Shown in pieces: positions 7,458-15,061 of a stretch of 32,000 nucleotides of DNA (positions are counted from its first letter, which is position 1; each line of letters begins with the position of its first letter). Position numbers and translations under genes: made by a program. The DNA comes from Adlercreutzia equolifaciens DSM 19450. Lineage in GTDB: Bacteria; Actinomycetota; Coriobacteriia; Coriobacteriales; Eggerthellaceae. Below the pieces are notes generated by a model. That model was not told where the DNA came from. It ran no database searches and was given only the letters and a program-made list of their open reading frames with translations. Location of the stretch: assembly GCF_000478885.1 (NCBI RefSeq), contig NC_022567.1, positions 1,722,909-1,754,908 of the forward strand. Reading direction: 5' to 3'.

Positions 7458-7748
7458 CTAAAGAAGGAAGCGGTTGCGGCCGCTGAACTTGTCGCGCGTG
7501 CGGGTCTCCGGATCGATATCCGGCCCGTTCACAAGGAAATGCTCGCAGAAGCGGCACACCTGCTTGACCGCCGCGTCGTAATCGCGATTCGGGTTTAGAA
7601 GCACCCCGAAGTCCTCGCACACCACATGGGTCGGTCGATGGCACGCCGCGTAATGGCAGTCTGCCGGGCACGGCTCCCCCGGCACGTTGTGCGGACAGCG
7701 CCCCTGCATCTCGTCATCGCACCCGCGACGGCTCCAGCACCCTTCCAT
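7458..7748 (-). CDS. Cysteine/histidine-rich small protein (96 aa), probable metal-binding, unknown family
   Basis: 10 Cys including CDDEMQGRCPH, CPADCHYAACH and CRFCEH. A GAGAGAGG RBS lies about 7 nt upstream of ATG 7746-7748. Confidence 0.55.
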   Translation of the reverse strand: MEGCWSRRGCDDEMQGRCPHNVPGEPCPADCHYAACHRPTHVVCEDFGVLLNPNRDYDAAVKQVCRFCEHFLVNGPDIDPETRTRDKFSGRNRFLL

Positions 7749-7765
7749 ACACCAGCCTCTCTCGC

Positions 7766-7791
7766 AAAAAAGCGGGCCCGCCAGAGCCCGC
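7766..7791 (-). terminator. Rho-independent terminator after the Nfu gene
   Basis: Stem gcgggc (7772-7777) / gcccgc (7786-7791), with an A-run at 7766-7771 (U-tract on the minus strand). Confidence 0.65.
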
Positions 7792-7814
7792 TCATCTTCC
7801 AGATCTGCTGCCGC

Positions 7815-8045
7815 CTACATCGCCGGCACCACGGAGGTAACGCCGGGCACGCGCTCCTTCAGGATGCGCTCGACGCCATTGGCGAGCGTCATCTGGGACA
7901 TGGGGCAGCCCTTGCAGGCGCCCTGCAGCTCCACCGTGACGACGCCGTCGTCGGACACGTCCACCAGCTGCACGTCGCCGCCGTCGGCCTGCAGGCTCGG
8001 GCGGATCAGCTCCAGCACCGCGGCCACATCGGACTTCTCAACCAT
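7815..8045 (-). CDS. NifU C-terminal-domain (Nfu-type) Fe-S cluster protein
   Basis: LIRPSLQADGGDVQLVDV...VTVELQGACKGCPMSQMTL is the Nfu/NifU CxxC signature. An AGGAG RBS is present. Confidence 0.88.
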   Translation of the reverse strand: MVEKSDVAAVLELIRPSLQADGGDVQLVDVSDDGVVTVELQGACKGCPMSQMTLANGVERILKERVPGVTSVVPAM

Positions 8046-8105
8046 GAGTCACTCCTATCGTGAGAGGTTTTCTTATATCGGCCAGCATCATAACACAGAG
8101 GGCGC

Positions 8106-9617
8106 CTAGCCGATCCAGTCGGTGCCGATGATCACCAAAACGTTGGTGTCGAAGGTGTAGAAGTCGCCGCCGTTCACCACCCGCCCCGCAGACAGGTCGC
8201 TCACGATGGCCTTGGCGGCGATTTCGAAGGCCTCGTCCTTGTAGATGACGAGCGTCTCGGGGTACACCGTGCCGTCGTCCACGTTGCCGACGGATTTCAC
8301 GTCGTAGCCCGCCGAGGTCAGAAGCTCGCCGCAGCGGGCCGCCGCTCCCTGAATGCCGCTGCCGTTGCGCACCTCCACGGTGACGAGGCTGCGATCGACA
8401 TTGGCAAGGTTGCCCTCGAAGCTCTCTGGCGAGTTGCCCGCATTCACCGCCTCCATCATCGCGGCGAGATCCTCGTCGGACACCTCGTAGGTTTCCTCGC
8501 CCTCGTCGGAAGTCGTAAGGCGCCCGGGAACCACGGCAGCATACACCGTCGCTTCCGTGAGGGGGCTGAGAGCATCGCCCAAGGAAATGAGCTGGCCGCT
8601 CGTCCAGTCCGTGGAGACGAAGGGCGCGCCGTCGGCTATCACGCTCGGGAAGGAAAGGCCCTCGCCCGAGGTGGCGCGCTCGGCCAGATTCACCGTGAAC
8701 AGGGCCCGCATCTTCGCCTGCGTTCCCATTGCATCGCTGTAGTTGGCCGCCCTCAGAAGCGTGAGCGCCTGGGCGCCGTCGAGCGTCTGGGCTCCGGCGG
8801 CCAGCACATGGATACCGGCCCGGGGGTCGTCCACCTCCTCGGACAGCTCCACGGGCACGCCCCCCACCAGATCGACCAGGGAGGCGAGGCCCTCGGCATC
8901 GGTGGACGCGAAGTGGGCGAACTGAACCCCGAGCAGCGACCCGGCGGCCCGGAGAAGCTCTGCGTCGCCGCCCACCGACGCGGCGTCGCGCAGGGCGTGG
9001 CGCTCGCCGTCGGAAAGCTCCACGGACACCGAGGGCGGCAGCGAGATGAACGTAAGCGTGCGGGCGCCCTCGTCGATGCGCACGGCGAGGTAGGCCTCGT
9101 CAGACGCGGAGGGAGCCGCCGTGTTCTTGGCGAGATCGGCGGCGAGCAGCGCGTAATAGGGCGCGCCCTCCTCGGGAGCCGCCAGCGCCTCTTTGGCGTT
9201 CGAGTCGCCCAAGGACAGCTGAGAATCGGACCAGGCGAAGAACGCCGCCGTGCCCGCCACAACGGCCACCACTACTACGAGCAGGGCAACCGCCCCGAAG
9301 AAGATCATCTTGCGGCGGCGCCCCTTGGCCTGAATCTCCTCGGCGTAGCTGCGCCGGGCGCGGCGCCGAGCGTAATCGGAGTCGCTCTCGCCGCTCGTGG
9401 CGCCCACGTCCACCTGGTCCACCATGCCGCGGTCGGCTCGGCGGCTGCGGCGTCCGTCGGAGAAGTCGACGCGGGCCGGACGGTCGGCGCCGGCAGCGTG
9501 CCGCCCCCGAGCGGAGGAGCCGCGCTCCACATGGGAGCCAATCATGGAATCGTTCACGCGTCGGGAGACGCGACGGGTCTGGGAGGCCGAAGGGGCCTTT
9601 TTGCCATGCAGTGCCAT
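8106..9617 (-). CDS. LCP (LytR-CpsA-Psr)-like membrane protein with C-terminal LytR_C domain
   Basis: Arg-rich cytoplasmic N-terminus, one TM segment (IFFGAVALLVVVVAVVAGTAAFFAW), an LCP-like core (DLVGGVPVEL, LDGAQALTLLR), and a C-terminal VEVRNGSGIQGAAARCGELLTSAGYDV LytR_C-type domain. Confidence 0.75.
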   Translation of the reverse strand: MALHGKKAPSASQTRRVSRRVNDSMIGSHVERGSSARGRHAAGADRPARVDFSDGRRSRRADRGMVDQVDVGATSGESDSDYARRRARRSYAEEIQAKGRRRKMIFFGAVALLVVVVAVVAGTAAFFAWSDSQLSLGDSNAKEALAAPEEGAPYYALLAADLAKNTAAPSASDEAYLAVRIDEGARTLTFISLPPSVSVELSDGERHALRDAASVGGDAELLRAAGSLLGVQFAHFASTDAEGLASLVDLVGGVPVELSEEVDDPRAGIHVLAAGAQTLDGAQALTLLRAANYSDAMGTQAKMRALFTVNLAERATSGEGLSFPSVIADGAPFVSTDWTSGQLISLGDALSPLTEATVYAAVVPGRLTTSDEGEETYEVSDEDLAAMMEAVNAGNSPESFEGNLANVDRSLVTVEVRNGSGIQGAAARCGELLTSAGYDVKSVGNVDDGTVYPETLVIYKDEAFEIAAKAIVSDLSAGRVVNGGDFYTFDTNVLVIIGTDWIG

Positions 9618-9625
9618 GGACGCCC

Positions 9626-10906
9626 CTAGCGGAGAGAATCCGCGGACACGCGACGGATGTCGGCGCCGAGGGAGGCCAGCTTGCCCACGTAGTCCTCATA
9701 GCCGCGGTCGATGTGCTCGAGGTGATGCACACTCGTCTCGCCGTCGGCCACGATACCCGCGAGCACGAGGGCCGCGCCCGCCCGCAGATCGGTGGAGGAC
9801 ACGGGCGCCCCCTCCAAATGATCGACGCCGCGCACGATGGCGTGGTGGTCGTCCAACGTCACGTCGGCCCCCATGCGCATGAGCTCGGCGGCGAACATGA
9901 AGCGGTTCTCGAAGACGTTCTCCGTGATGACCGACACGTCATCGGCCAGGGCCGCCAGCAGCATGAACTGAGCTTGGAGATCGGTGGGAAACCCGGGGTG
10001 CGGCAGCGTCTGGATGTCCACGGAGGACAGGGGCTCCTCGCGGCGCACGGTGATCCAATCGTCGCCGGTTTCCACATCGCAGCCCATGGCCCGAAGCTTC
10101 ATGATGGCCATGCGCAAAAAGGCGGGGTCGATGCCGTGCACGGTGAGAGGGCCTCCGGTAAGCGCGCCGCCGGCGAGGAAGGTGCCCGCCTCGATGCGGT
10201 CCCCCACCGTCGTATGCTCGCAGGGGTGGAGCGTCGAGAGCGGCACGCCCTCGATCTCGATGAGCGAGGTGCCGGCGCCGGCCACGCGCGCGCCCATGGC
10301 GTTGAGCATGTTCGCCAGATCCTCGATCTCGGGCTCGCAGGCGGCGTTCTCGATGGCCGTGTGACCCTCGGCGGTCACGGCGGCCATGAGCATGTTCTCC
10401 GTGGCGCCCACCGAGGGGAACTCGAGGTACACGTGGGTGCCGCGCAGGCCGTTCGGCGTCGTGGCGGCCAGAACGCCGTGATCCACATCGAACGCAACGC
10501 CCAGGGCCTCCAAGCCCACCAGGTGCATGTCGATCTTGCGGGCGCCAATCTGGCAGCCGCCGGGCATGGCCACCCGCGCCTCGCCGAAACGCCCGATGAG
10601 CGGCCCCAGCACCGAGATGGAGGCGCGCATCTTCGAGACGAGCTCGTAGGGCGTCTCGCAGCTGTCGACGTCGGCAGTGTTTATGCGCAGGGTATGCCCC
10701 TCGCGCACCACGGTGGCGCCCAGACGCGCGAGCACCTCGCTCATAAGTTCGATATCGGAAATGAGCGGCACGTTGTGCAGGATCGTCTCCCCCTGTCCCA
10801 GAATGGACGCGGCCATGAGCTTCAAGGCCGAGTTCTTGGCGCCGGAGACGCGCACGTCGCCTTTGAGGGTATGGTTTCCCCGAACGATGATGACTTCCTG
10901 GTTCAT
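9626..10906 (-). CDS. murA: UDP-N-acetylglucosamine 1-carboxyvinyltransferase
   Basis: VSGAKNSALKLMAA and PGGCQIGARKIDMHL (active-site Cys loop). Start at ATG 10904-10906 (MNQEVIIVRG), preceded by an AAGGA RBS. The track ORF extends 15 codons upstream. Confidence 0.93.
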   Translation of the reverse strand: MNQEVIIVRGNHTLKGDVRVSGAKNSALKLMAASILGQGETILHNVPLISDIELMSEVLARLGATVVREGHTLRINTADVDSCETPYELVSKMRASISVLGPLIGRFGEARVAMPGGCQIGARKIDMHLVGLEALGVAFDVDHGVLAATTPNGLRGTHVYLEFPSVGATENMLMAAVTAEGHTAIENAACEPEIEDLANMLNAMGARVAGAGTSLIEIEGVPLSTLHPCEHTTVGDRIEAGTFLAGGALTGGPLTVHGIDPAFLRMAIMKLRAMGCDVETGDDWITVRREEPLSSVDIQTLPHPGFPTDLQAQFMLLAALADDVSVITENVFENRFMFAAELMRMGADVTLDDHHAIVRGVDHLEGAPVSSTDLRAGAALVLAGIVADGETSVHHLEHIDRGYEDYVGKLASLGADIRRVSADSLR

Positions 10907-10976
10907 TTCTAGTCCTTTTGCCGGAACGCCCGAGCGCCCCGCGTCATGCAAGTATTCACAAGTGCCCCTATTATAG

Positions 10977-11002
10977 AAAAAAGCCCGCGCACCCGCGCGG
11001 GC
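10977..11002 (-). terminator. Rho-independent terminator after tsf
   Basis: Stem gcccgcgc (10983-10990) / gcgcgggc (10995-11002), loop accc, A-run 10977-10982 (U-tract on the minus strand). A TATAAT (reverse complement of 10970-10975) follows immediately and could be a murA -10. Confidence 0.8.
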
Positions 11003-11038
11003 TTTCCTCCTTTTGGAAATAAATCCATCCAGTTGCGG

Positions 11039-11899
11039 CTACTCGCCCAGAGCGAAGCGCACGAAACCGGTGATGGCGATCTTCCCGCCCATCTCCTTGG
11101 CGCACTCATCGGCGTACTGGGCCACCGTGAGGTCGGGGTTCTTCACGAAGTCCTGCTCGGCGAGGCAGTTCTCCTTGTAGAACTTGTCCATGCGGCCGAG
11201 CGCGATCTTCTCCTGGATGGCCTCGGGCTTGCCGGACTCGGCGGCCTGGGCCTTGTAGATCTCCATCTCGTGGGCGGCCACGTCGGCGGGCACGTCCTCG
11301 CGGGTGGCGGACACGGGGTTCAGAGCGGCCACCTGCATGGCGATGTCGCGGCCGCACTTCTGGAAGGCGTCGGAGGCCGGATCGATGCCCTCGACGTTGA
11401 AGGTCACCAGAACGCCGATCTTGCCGCCGCCGTGGATGTAGGCGGACACGGCCTGGGCGTCCACCACGGCCACGCGGGCCAGCTGCGTGTTCTCGCCCAT
11501 CACATGGATGCAGTCGGTGACCACGTCCTCGACGGTCTCGCCATCGATGACGGCGGCCTTGAGAGCCTCCACGTCGGCCGGCTTGGCGGCGAGCGCCGCC
11601 TTGGCGATCTTCTCGGCGTAGGCCTTGAACTTCTCGTTCATGCCCACGAAGTCGGTCTCGCAGTTCAGCTCGACCACGGCGCCGGTGGTGCACGCATCGT
11701 TCACGATGGCCATGACGGTGCCCTCGTTGGTGGCGCGCCCGGCCTTCTTGGCCACGGCGGCGAGACCGCGGGTGCGCAGCACGTCGACGGCCTTCTCCAT
11801 ATCGCCCTCGGCCTCGGCCAGGGCCTTCTTGCACTCCATCATGCCCGCGCCGGTCATCTCGCGGAGCTCCTTCACCATGGAAGCGGTGATGTTAGCCAT
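11039..11899 (-). CDS. tsf: Translation elongation factor Ts
   Basis: ITASMVKELREMTGAGMMECKKALAEAEGDMEKAVDVLR (UBA-like N-domain) plus the EF-Ts core. Confidence 0.95.
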   Translation of the reverse strand: MANITASMVKELREMTGAGMMECKKALAEAEGDMEKAVDVLRTRGLAAVAKKAGRATNEGTVMAIVNDACTTGAVVELNCETDFVGMNEKFKAYAEKIAKAALAAKPADVEALKAAVIDGETVEDVVTDCIHVMGENTQLARVAVVDAQAVSAYIHGGGKIGVLVTFNVEGIDPASDAFQKCGRDIAMQVAALNPVSATREDVPADVAAHEMEIYKAQAAESGKPEAIQEKIALGRMDKFYKENCLAEQDFVKNPDLTVAQYADECAKEMGGKIAITGFVRFALGE

Positions 11900-11938
11900 G
11901 AATTCCTCCTTTGGGGAATGAGTATCTTACTGAGTCGG

Positions 11939-12757
11939 TTACTCGGCGTCAGCGACCACGTCGGCAACGACCTCGGCGCCAGCGCCCTCGGCCACGTCGG
12001 CGGCGGCCTCGACGGCCACCTCGGCCACGGCGTCGGCGGCAGCGGCCTCGCCGGCCATCTCGGCGGCGGTCACATCGGCACCGGTGCCGGCGATGACGGC
12101 GTCGGCCATGAAGTCGGCGAGCAGGCGCACGGAGCGGATGGCGTCGTCGTTGGCCGGAATGCCGTAATCGACGTCATCCGGATCGCAGTTGGTGTCGAGC
12201 GTGCCCACCACGGGGATGTTCAGACGATGAGCCTCGTGCAGGGCGATGCCCTCGCGGTTGGTGTCGATCACGAAGATAGCGTCGGGCACCTTCTTCATGT
12301 TGCGGATGCCGTTGAGGTTGGTCTGCAGCTTCGCGAGCTCCTTGTGCAGCAGGATCTGCTCCTTCTTGGGAAGCAGCGCCATGCGGCCGTCGGCATCCAT
12401 GGCCTCCAGCTCCTCCATGCGCTTCACGCGGGTGCGGATGGTGGCGAAGTTGGTGAGCATACCGCCGAGCCAGCGGGCGTTCACATAGGGCATGCCGCAG
12501 CGGTTGGCGGCCTCGGAGACGGCCTCCTGGGCCTGCTTCTTGGTGCCCACGAACAGCACGGTGCCGCCCTTGCGGGTGAGGTTGCTCACGAAGGTGTAGG
12601 CGGCATCGAGCCCGTAGAGGGTCTGCTTGAGGTCGATGATGTAGATATCGCCGCGATTGCCGAAGATGTACGGCTTCATCTTCGGGTTCCAGCGGCGGGT
12701 CTGATGCCCGAAGTGCGCACCGGCATCGAGCAGCGTGGTAATGCTGACTTTCGTCAT
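11939..12757 (-). CDS. rpsB: Ribosomal protein S2 with an acidic Ala/Val/Glu-rich C-terminal tail
   Basis: [25 protein letters not shown] is the S2 signature. Start at ATG 12755-12757 (MTKVSITT), preceded by a GGAGTG RBS. The track ORF extends 55 codons upstream. Confidence 0.95.
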   Translation of the reverse strand: MTKVSITTLLDAGAHFGHQTRRWNPKMKPYIFGNRGDIYIIDLKQTLYGLDAAYTFVSNLTRKGGTVLFVGTKKQAQEAVSEAANRCGMPYVNARWLGGMLTNFATIRTRVKRMEELEAMDADGRMALLPKKEQILLHKELAKLQTNLNGIRNMKKVPDAIFVIDTNREGIALHEAHRLNIPVVGTLDTNCDPDDVDYGIPANDDAIRSVRLLADFMADAVIAGTGADVTAAEMAGEAAAADAVAEVAVEAAADVAEGAGAEVVADVVADAE

Positions 12758-12898
12758 GATCACTCCATTCGTTAGTCCTCTGCCCGAGGTCATCCCGCCC
12801 CTTCGCAGCCTTTTCCGGTGGCCACTCGCGAAGTTCGGTCGCCCGAGCATGTGTGATAGTTGCCGCTGCCCATCGCACGCCTGCGAAGACAGCCTGTC

Positions 12899-12926
12899 TA
12901 AAATAGCACAATCCCCCGCCAATGCA
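12899..12926 (-). promoter_or_regulatory. rpsB-tsf promoter, TTGCAT-16 nt-TATTTT
   Basis: On the minus strand, -35 TTGCAT (12921-12926) and -10 TATTTT (12899-12904). The architecture matches the rpmE promoter. It leaves a leader of about 135 nt. Confidence 0.5.
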
Positions 12927-13006
12927 AGGGATTGCGCAAAGAAAGTACGCGCAATTCAACCCAGTCGCCGGGTGTCCCCGCGCGCAGCAAGAAAATCCTC
13001 AGCCGA

Positions 13007-14155
13007 TCAGCGAAGTCCCTCTATGCTGCGCTGCTTCAAGGATGCGAGCAGTGCCGCCCGCTCTCCCGCAGCCGCGAGGCGTCCGCGATGCAGGCTGCGC
13101 CCCAAGGCGCGGGCGATCTGCCCCGCCAGCTCATCCAGCGCCGCAAGCGATGACAAATGCTCCGCCGTCGCCGTGAGCACCGTCACCGACTGGGATTCCA
13201 GCTGATTGCGCCTGAGCGCGTCGCGGCGCAACTTCTCCTTTTCCGCATGAAAGGCATCGCTGTCGTATTCCACCGCTATCTTAGCTTCGGGCCAAAATAG
13301 ATCGGCCACGCGCACCCGCCCCGTCTCCGCATCGAGAGGCAGCACGCGATTCATCTGCGGCTTGGGAAGCCCGTAACCACCGGCTGTCTTCGGAAGGCAC
13401 AGCATGAGCGCCAACGCGGTCTCCATGGGAGAGGCGGAGCCGTCGACAGCGTAGCGCACCGCACGGGCCATGGCTCGGCCCGCTTTCGAGCTAGCCGATT
13501 GCGCGCTAAACCACCCCATGGCGCGAAGACACGAGACCGGAACTGGTCGGTTGCTGCGCGCGCATTCCTGCACTTCTACCCGACTGAGCAATCCGTCCTC
13601 GTTGCGACTCAGCTGAGGCACTTCGGCGAGATCGTAGTAATAGGTGGAGCACAGCTCGCAAATCAGCTCGGCGAGCTTCGGCATCGGAAGCTTGAGGGCC
13701 AGTTGGAGCACCGCCAGTTCGGGGCCGGCTATCAGCAGCCCTTCCCCAGGGCCGCGAACGAAGGAGCCCTCCGCAGGCGCGGTGCTGCTCAGGCAGCATG
13801 TCAAATCAGCCGCCGACAGACGCGACGCCTTGTTGGGCACCATCACACGGATTGGCGCGTCCACCATTCCGGCACCCTGTTCGAGCACCCTCTCGATCAC
13901 AGGTTTCGACGGCTTGAACGCCATACCGGATTCCGCAGCTTCTGCGTACGCCAGAGCTTCCTCGTATACAACCCCCAGCCGATCGCTCGCCAGCCACCAT
14001 GCACGCTCTTCAGTGTCGGGATTCCCCAGCGGAGGACGCAGTTTGGGAATCCGATTTCCCATCTCCAAGCTAACAGTTTCCCCGAAGAACAAACCATAAA
14101 AGCGATCGCATGTCCAGCATTGCGCCGCCGTAAGACCCTCGACAATCGTAGCCAT
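13007..14155 (-). CDS. Hypothetical protein with C-terminal DUF559 / Vsr-like endonuclease-fold domain
   Basis: C-terminal ADLFWPEAKIAVEYDSDAFHAEKEKLRRDALRRNQLESQSVTVL matches the DUF559 pattern (hydrophobic-E-x-D ... H ... D..R...L). Start set at ATG 14153-14155 (MATIVEGL), preceded by a strong AAGGGGAGAGGA RBS. The track ORF continues to 14323 through the tandem repeats. Confidence 0.7.
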   Translation of the reverse strand: MATIVEGLTAAQCWTCDRFYGLFFGETVSLEMGNRIPKLRPPLGNPDTEERAWWLASDRLGVVYEEALAYAEAAESGMAFKPSKPVIERVLEQGAGMVDAPIRVMVPNKASRLSAADLTCCLSSTAPAEGSFVRGPGEGLLIAGPELAVLQLALKLPMPKLAELICELCSTYYYDLAEVPQLSRNEDGLLSRVEVQECARSNRPVPVSCLRAMGWFSAQSASSKAGRAMARAVRYAVDGSASPMETALALMLCLPKTAGGYGLPKPQMNRVLPLDAETGRVRVADLFWPEAKIAVEYDSDAFHAEKEKLRRDALRRNQLESQSVTVLTATAEHLSSLAALDELAGQIARALGRSLHRGRLAAAGERAALLASLKQRSIEGLR

Positions 14156-14216
14156 TCCTCTCCCCTTTCGCAACGAAGCCCAGCCGCGCTTCTTAGCCCG
14201 CAACAACCGGCATGTA

Positions 14217-14297
14217 GCACCGGGGCACGATCTCCCGTCGGCAGCACCGGGCCACGACTTCCCGTCGGCAGCACCGGGCCACGATTTCCCGTCGGCA
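14217..14297. repeat. 27-bp tandem repeat, 3 copies
   Basis: gcaccgggGcacgatCtcccgtcggca / gcaccgggccacgacttcccgtcggca / gcaccgggccacgatttcccgtcggca at 14217-14243, 14244-14270 and 14271-14297. Confidence 0.95.
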
Positions 14298-14330
14298 GCG
14301 CCCGACACGCAACAATGGGCCATAATCTCC

Positions 14331-14450
14331 TGTCAGCAACATCCCTGTCAGCAACATCCCTGTCAGCAACATCCCTGTCAGCAACATCCCTGCCAGCAAC
14401 ATCCCTGCCAGCAACATCCCTGCCAGCAACATCCCTGCCAGCAACATCCG
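14331..14450. repeat. 15-bp tandem repeat, 8 copies in two blocks (4 x tgtcagcaacatccc, then 4 x tgccagcaacatccc)
   Basis: Head-to-tail units read directly from 14331 to 14450. The last unit ends in g. The array is flanked by ccgacacgcaacaa at 14302-14315 and 14448-14461. Confidence 0.95.
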
Positions 14451-14525
14451 ACACGCAACAACGGCCACGACCCCCGATTCGACACATTGGACCCGCAGTA
14501 CCGGGAGCTCATCGCGGAGCCGAAT

Positions 14526-14751
14526 TTGGAAAATGTGCCAATTTGGTCACTTTCAGCGCGGTCATCAATTTCGCCTTTCAGAAAAACACATTTTCCAACT
14601 TCTGCTGACCAAAATATCACATTTTCCAAATCTGCCAAATGCGCATCATATATTGCCTTGTTCAATCACCTTGTTGAACTGGTATTATTCCATACCTCTA
14701 TCTTGACTAGCTCAATCGCGCAACAAAAATACTTGGAAAATGTGCTTTTTT
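14526..14751. repeat. Cluster of four TTGGAAAATGTG / CACATTTTCCAA motif copies (dispersed palindromic element, locus 1)
   Basis: ttggaaaatgtgc at 14526-14538 and 14733-14745; cacattttccaa at 14587-14598 and 14618-14629. Related to the cluster at 23458-23688. Confidence 0.85.
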
Positions 14752-14870
14752 GATCGCCGGGAATCGTGGCACGGCATCCTCGACCGTCCCAACCGCACAA
14801 CAATCCCGAAACCAAAGCAAACGGGAGCTTGCCGCAAACCGAAGCTCTGGCTTGAACGGAGCCCTGGTTT

Positions 14871-14947
14871 GCTCACCCGATCTGCTCGCGCTCCCCCATG
14901 CTCACCCGATCTGCTCGCGCTCCCGCATGCTCACCCGATCCGCCCAT
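14871..14947. repeat. 29-bp tandem repeat, 2 full copies plus one internally deleted copy
   Basis: gctcacccgatctgctcgcgctccc(c/g)cat at 14871-14899 and 14900-14928. The third unit, 14929-14947, lacks the central 10 nt. Confidence 0.9.
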
Positions 14948-15004
14948 GCCCGGCCTTCGCGTTCTCACTTGCGCGCTCCCGTTCGCACGGCCAGCGCGCC
15001 AGAT

Positions 15005-15032
15005 GAAAAAGAGCCCGCGCAAAAGCGGGCTC
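15005..15032 (-). terminator. Rho-independent terminator after metG
   Basis: Stem gagcccgc (15011-15018) / gcgggctc (15025-15032), with an A-run at 15006-15010 (U-tract on the minus strand). Confidence 0.8.
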
Positions 15033-15061
15033 TCAAGGATCATTGCTCTGGCAAGATAGCC

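Noticed and set aside
14156-14323. N-terminal extension of the DUF559 ORF through the 27-bp repeats (GAADGKSWP x3).
   Set aside because: A very strong RBS (AAGGGGAGAGGA) precedes the internal ATG at 14155. The extension is encoded by tandem DNA repeats that lack stops in most reading frames. It is kept only as an alternative in the VNTR finding.
14217-14450. Possible CRISPR array.
   Set aside because: The units abut head-to-tail with no unique spacers, unit lengths are 27 and 15 bp, and no cas genes are present. These are plain tandem repeats.
14193-14665. ORFs reading through the 15-bp array (MLLAG/MLLTG, DVAGR/DVADR, GCCWQ, SATSL/PATSL repeats).
   Set aside because: Several reading frames through the arrays lack stops only because the unit lengths are multiples of 3. 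None has start signals or protein-like flanks.
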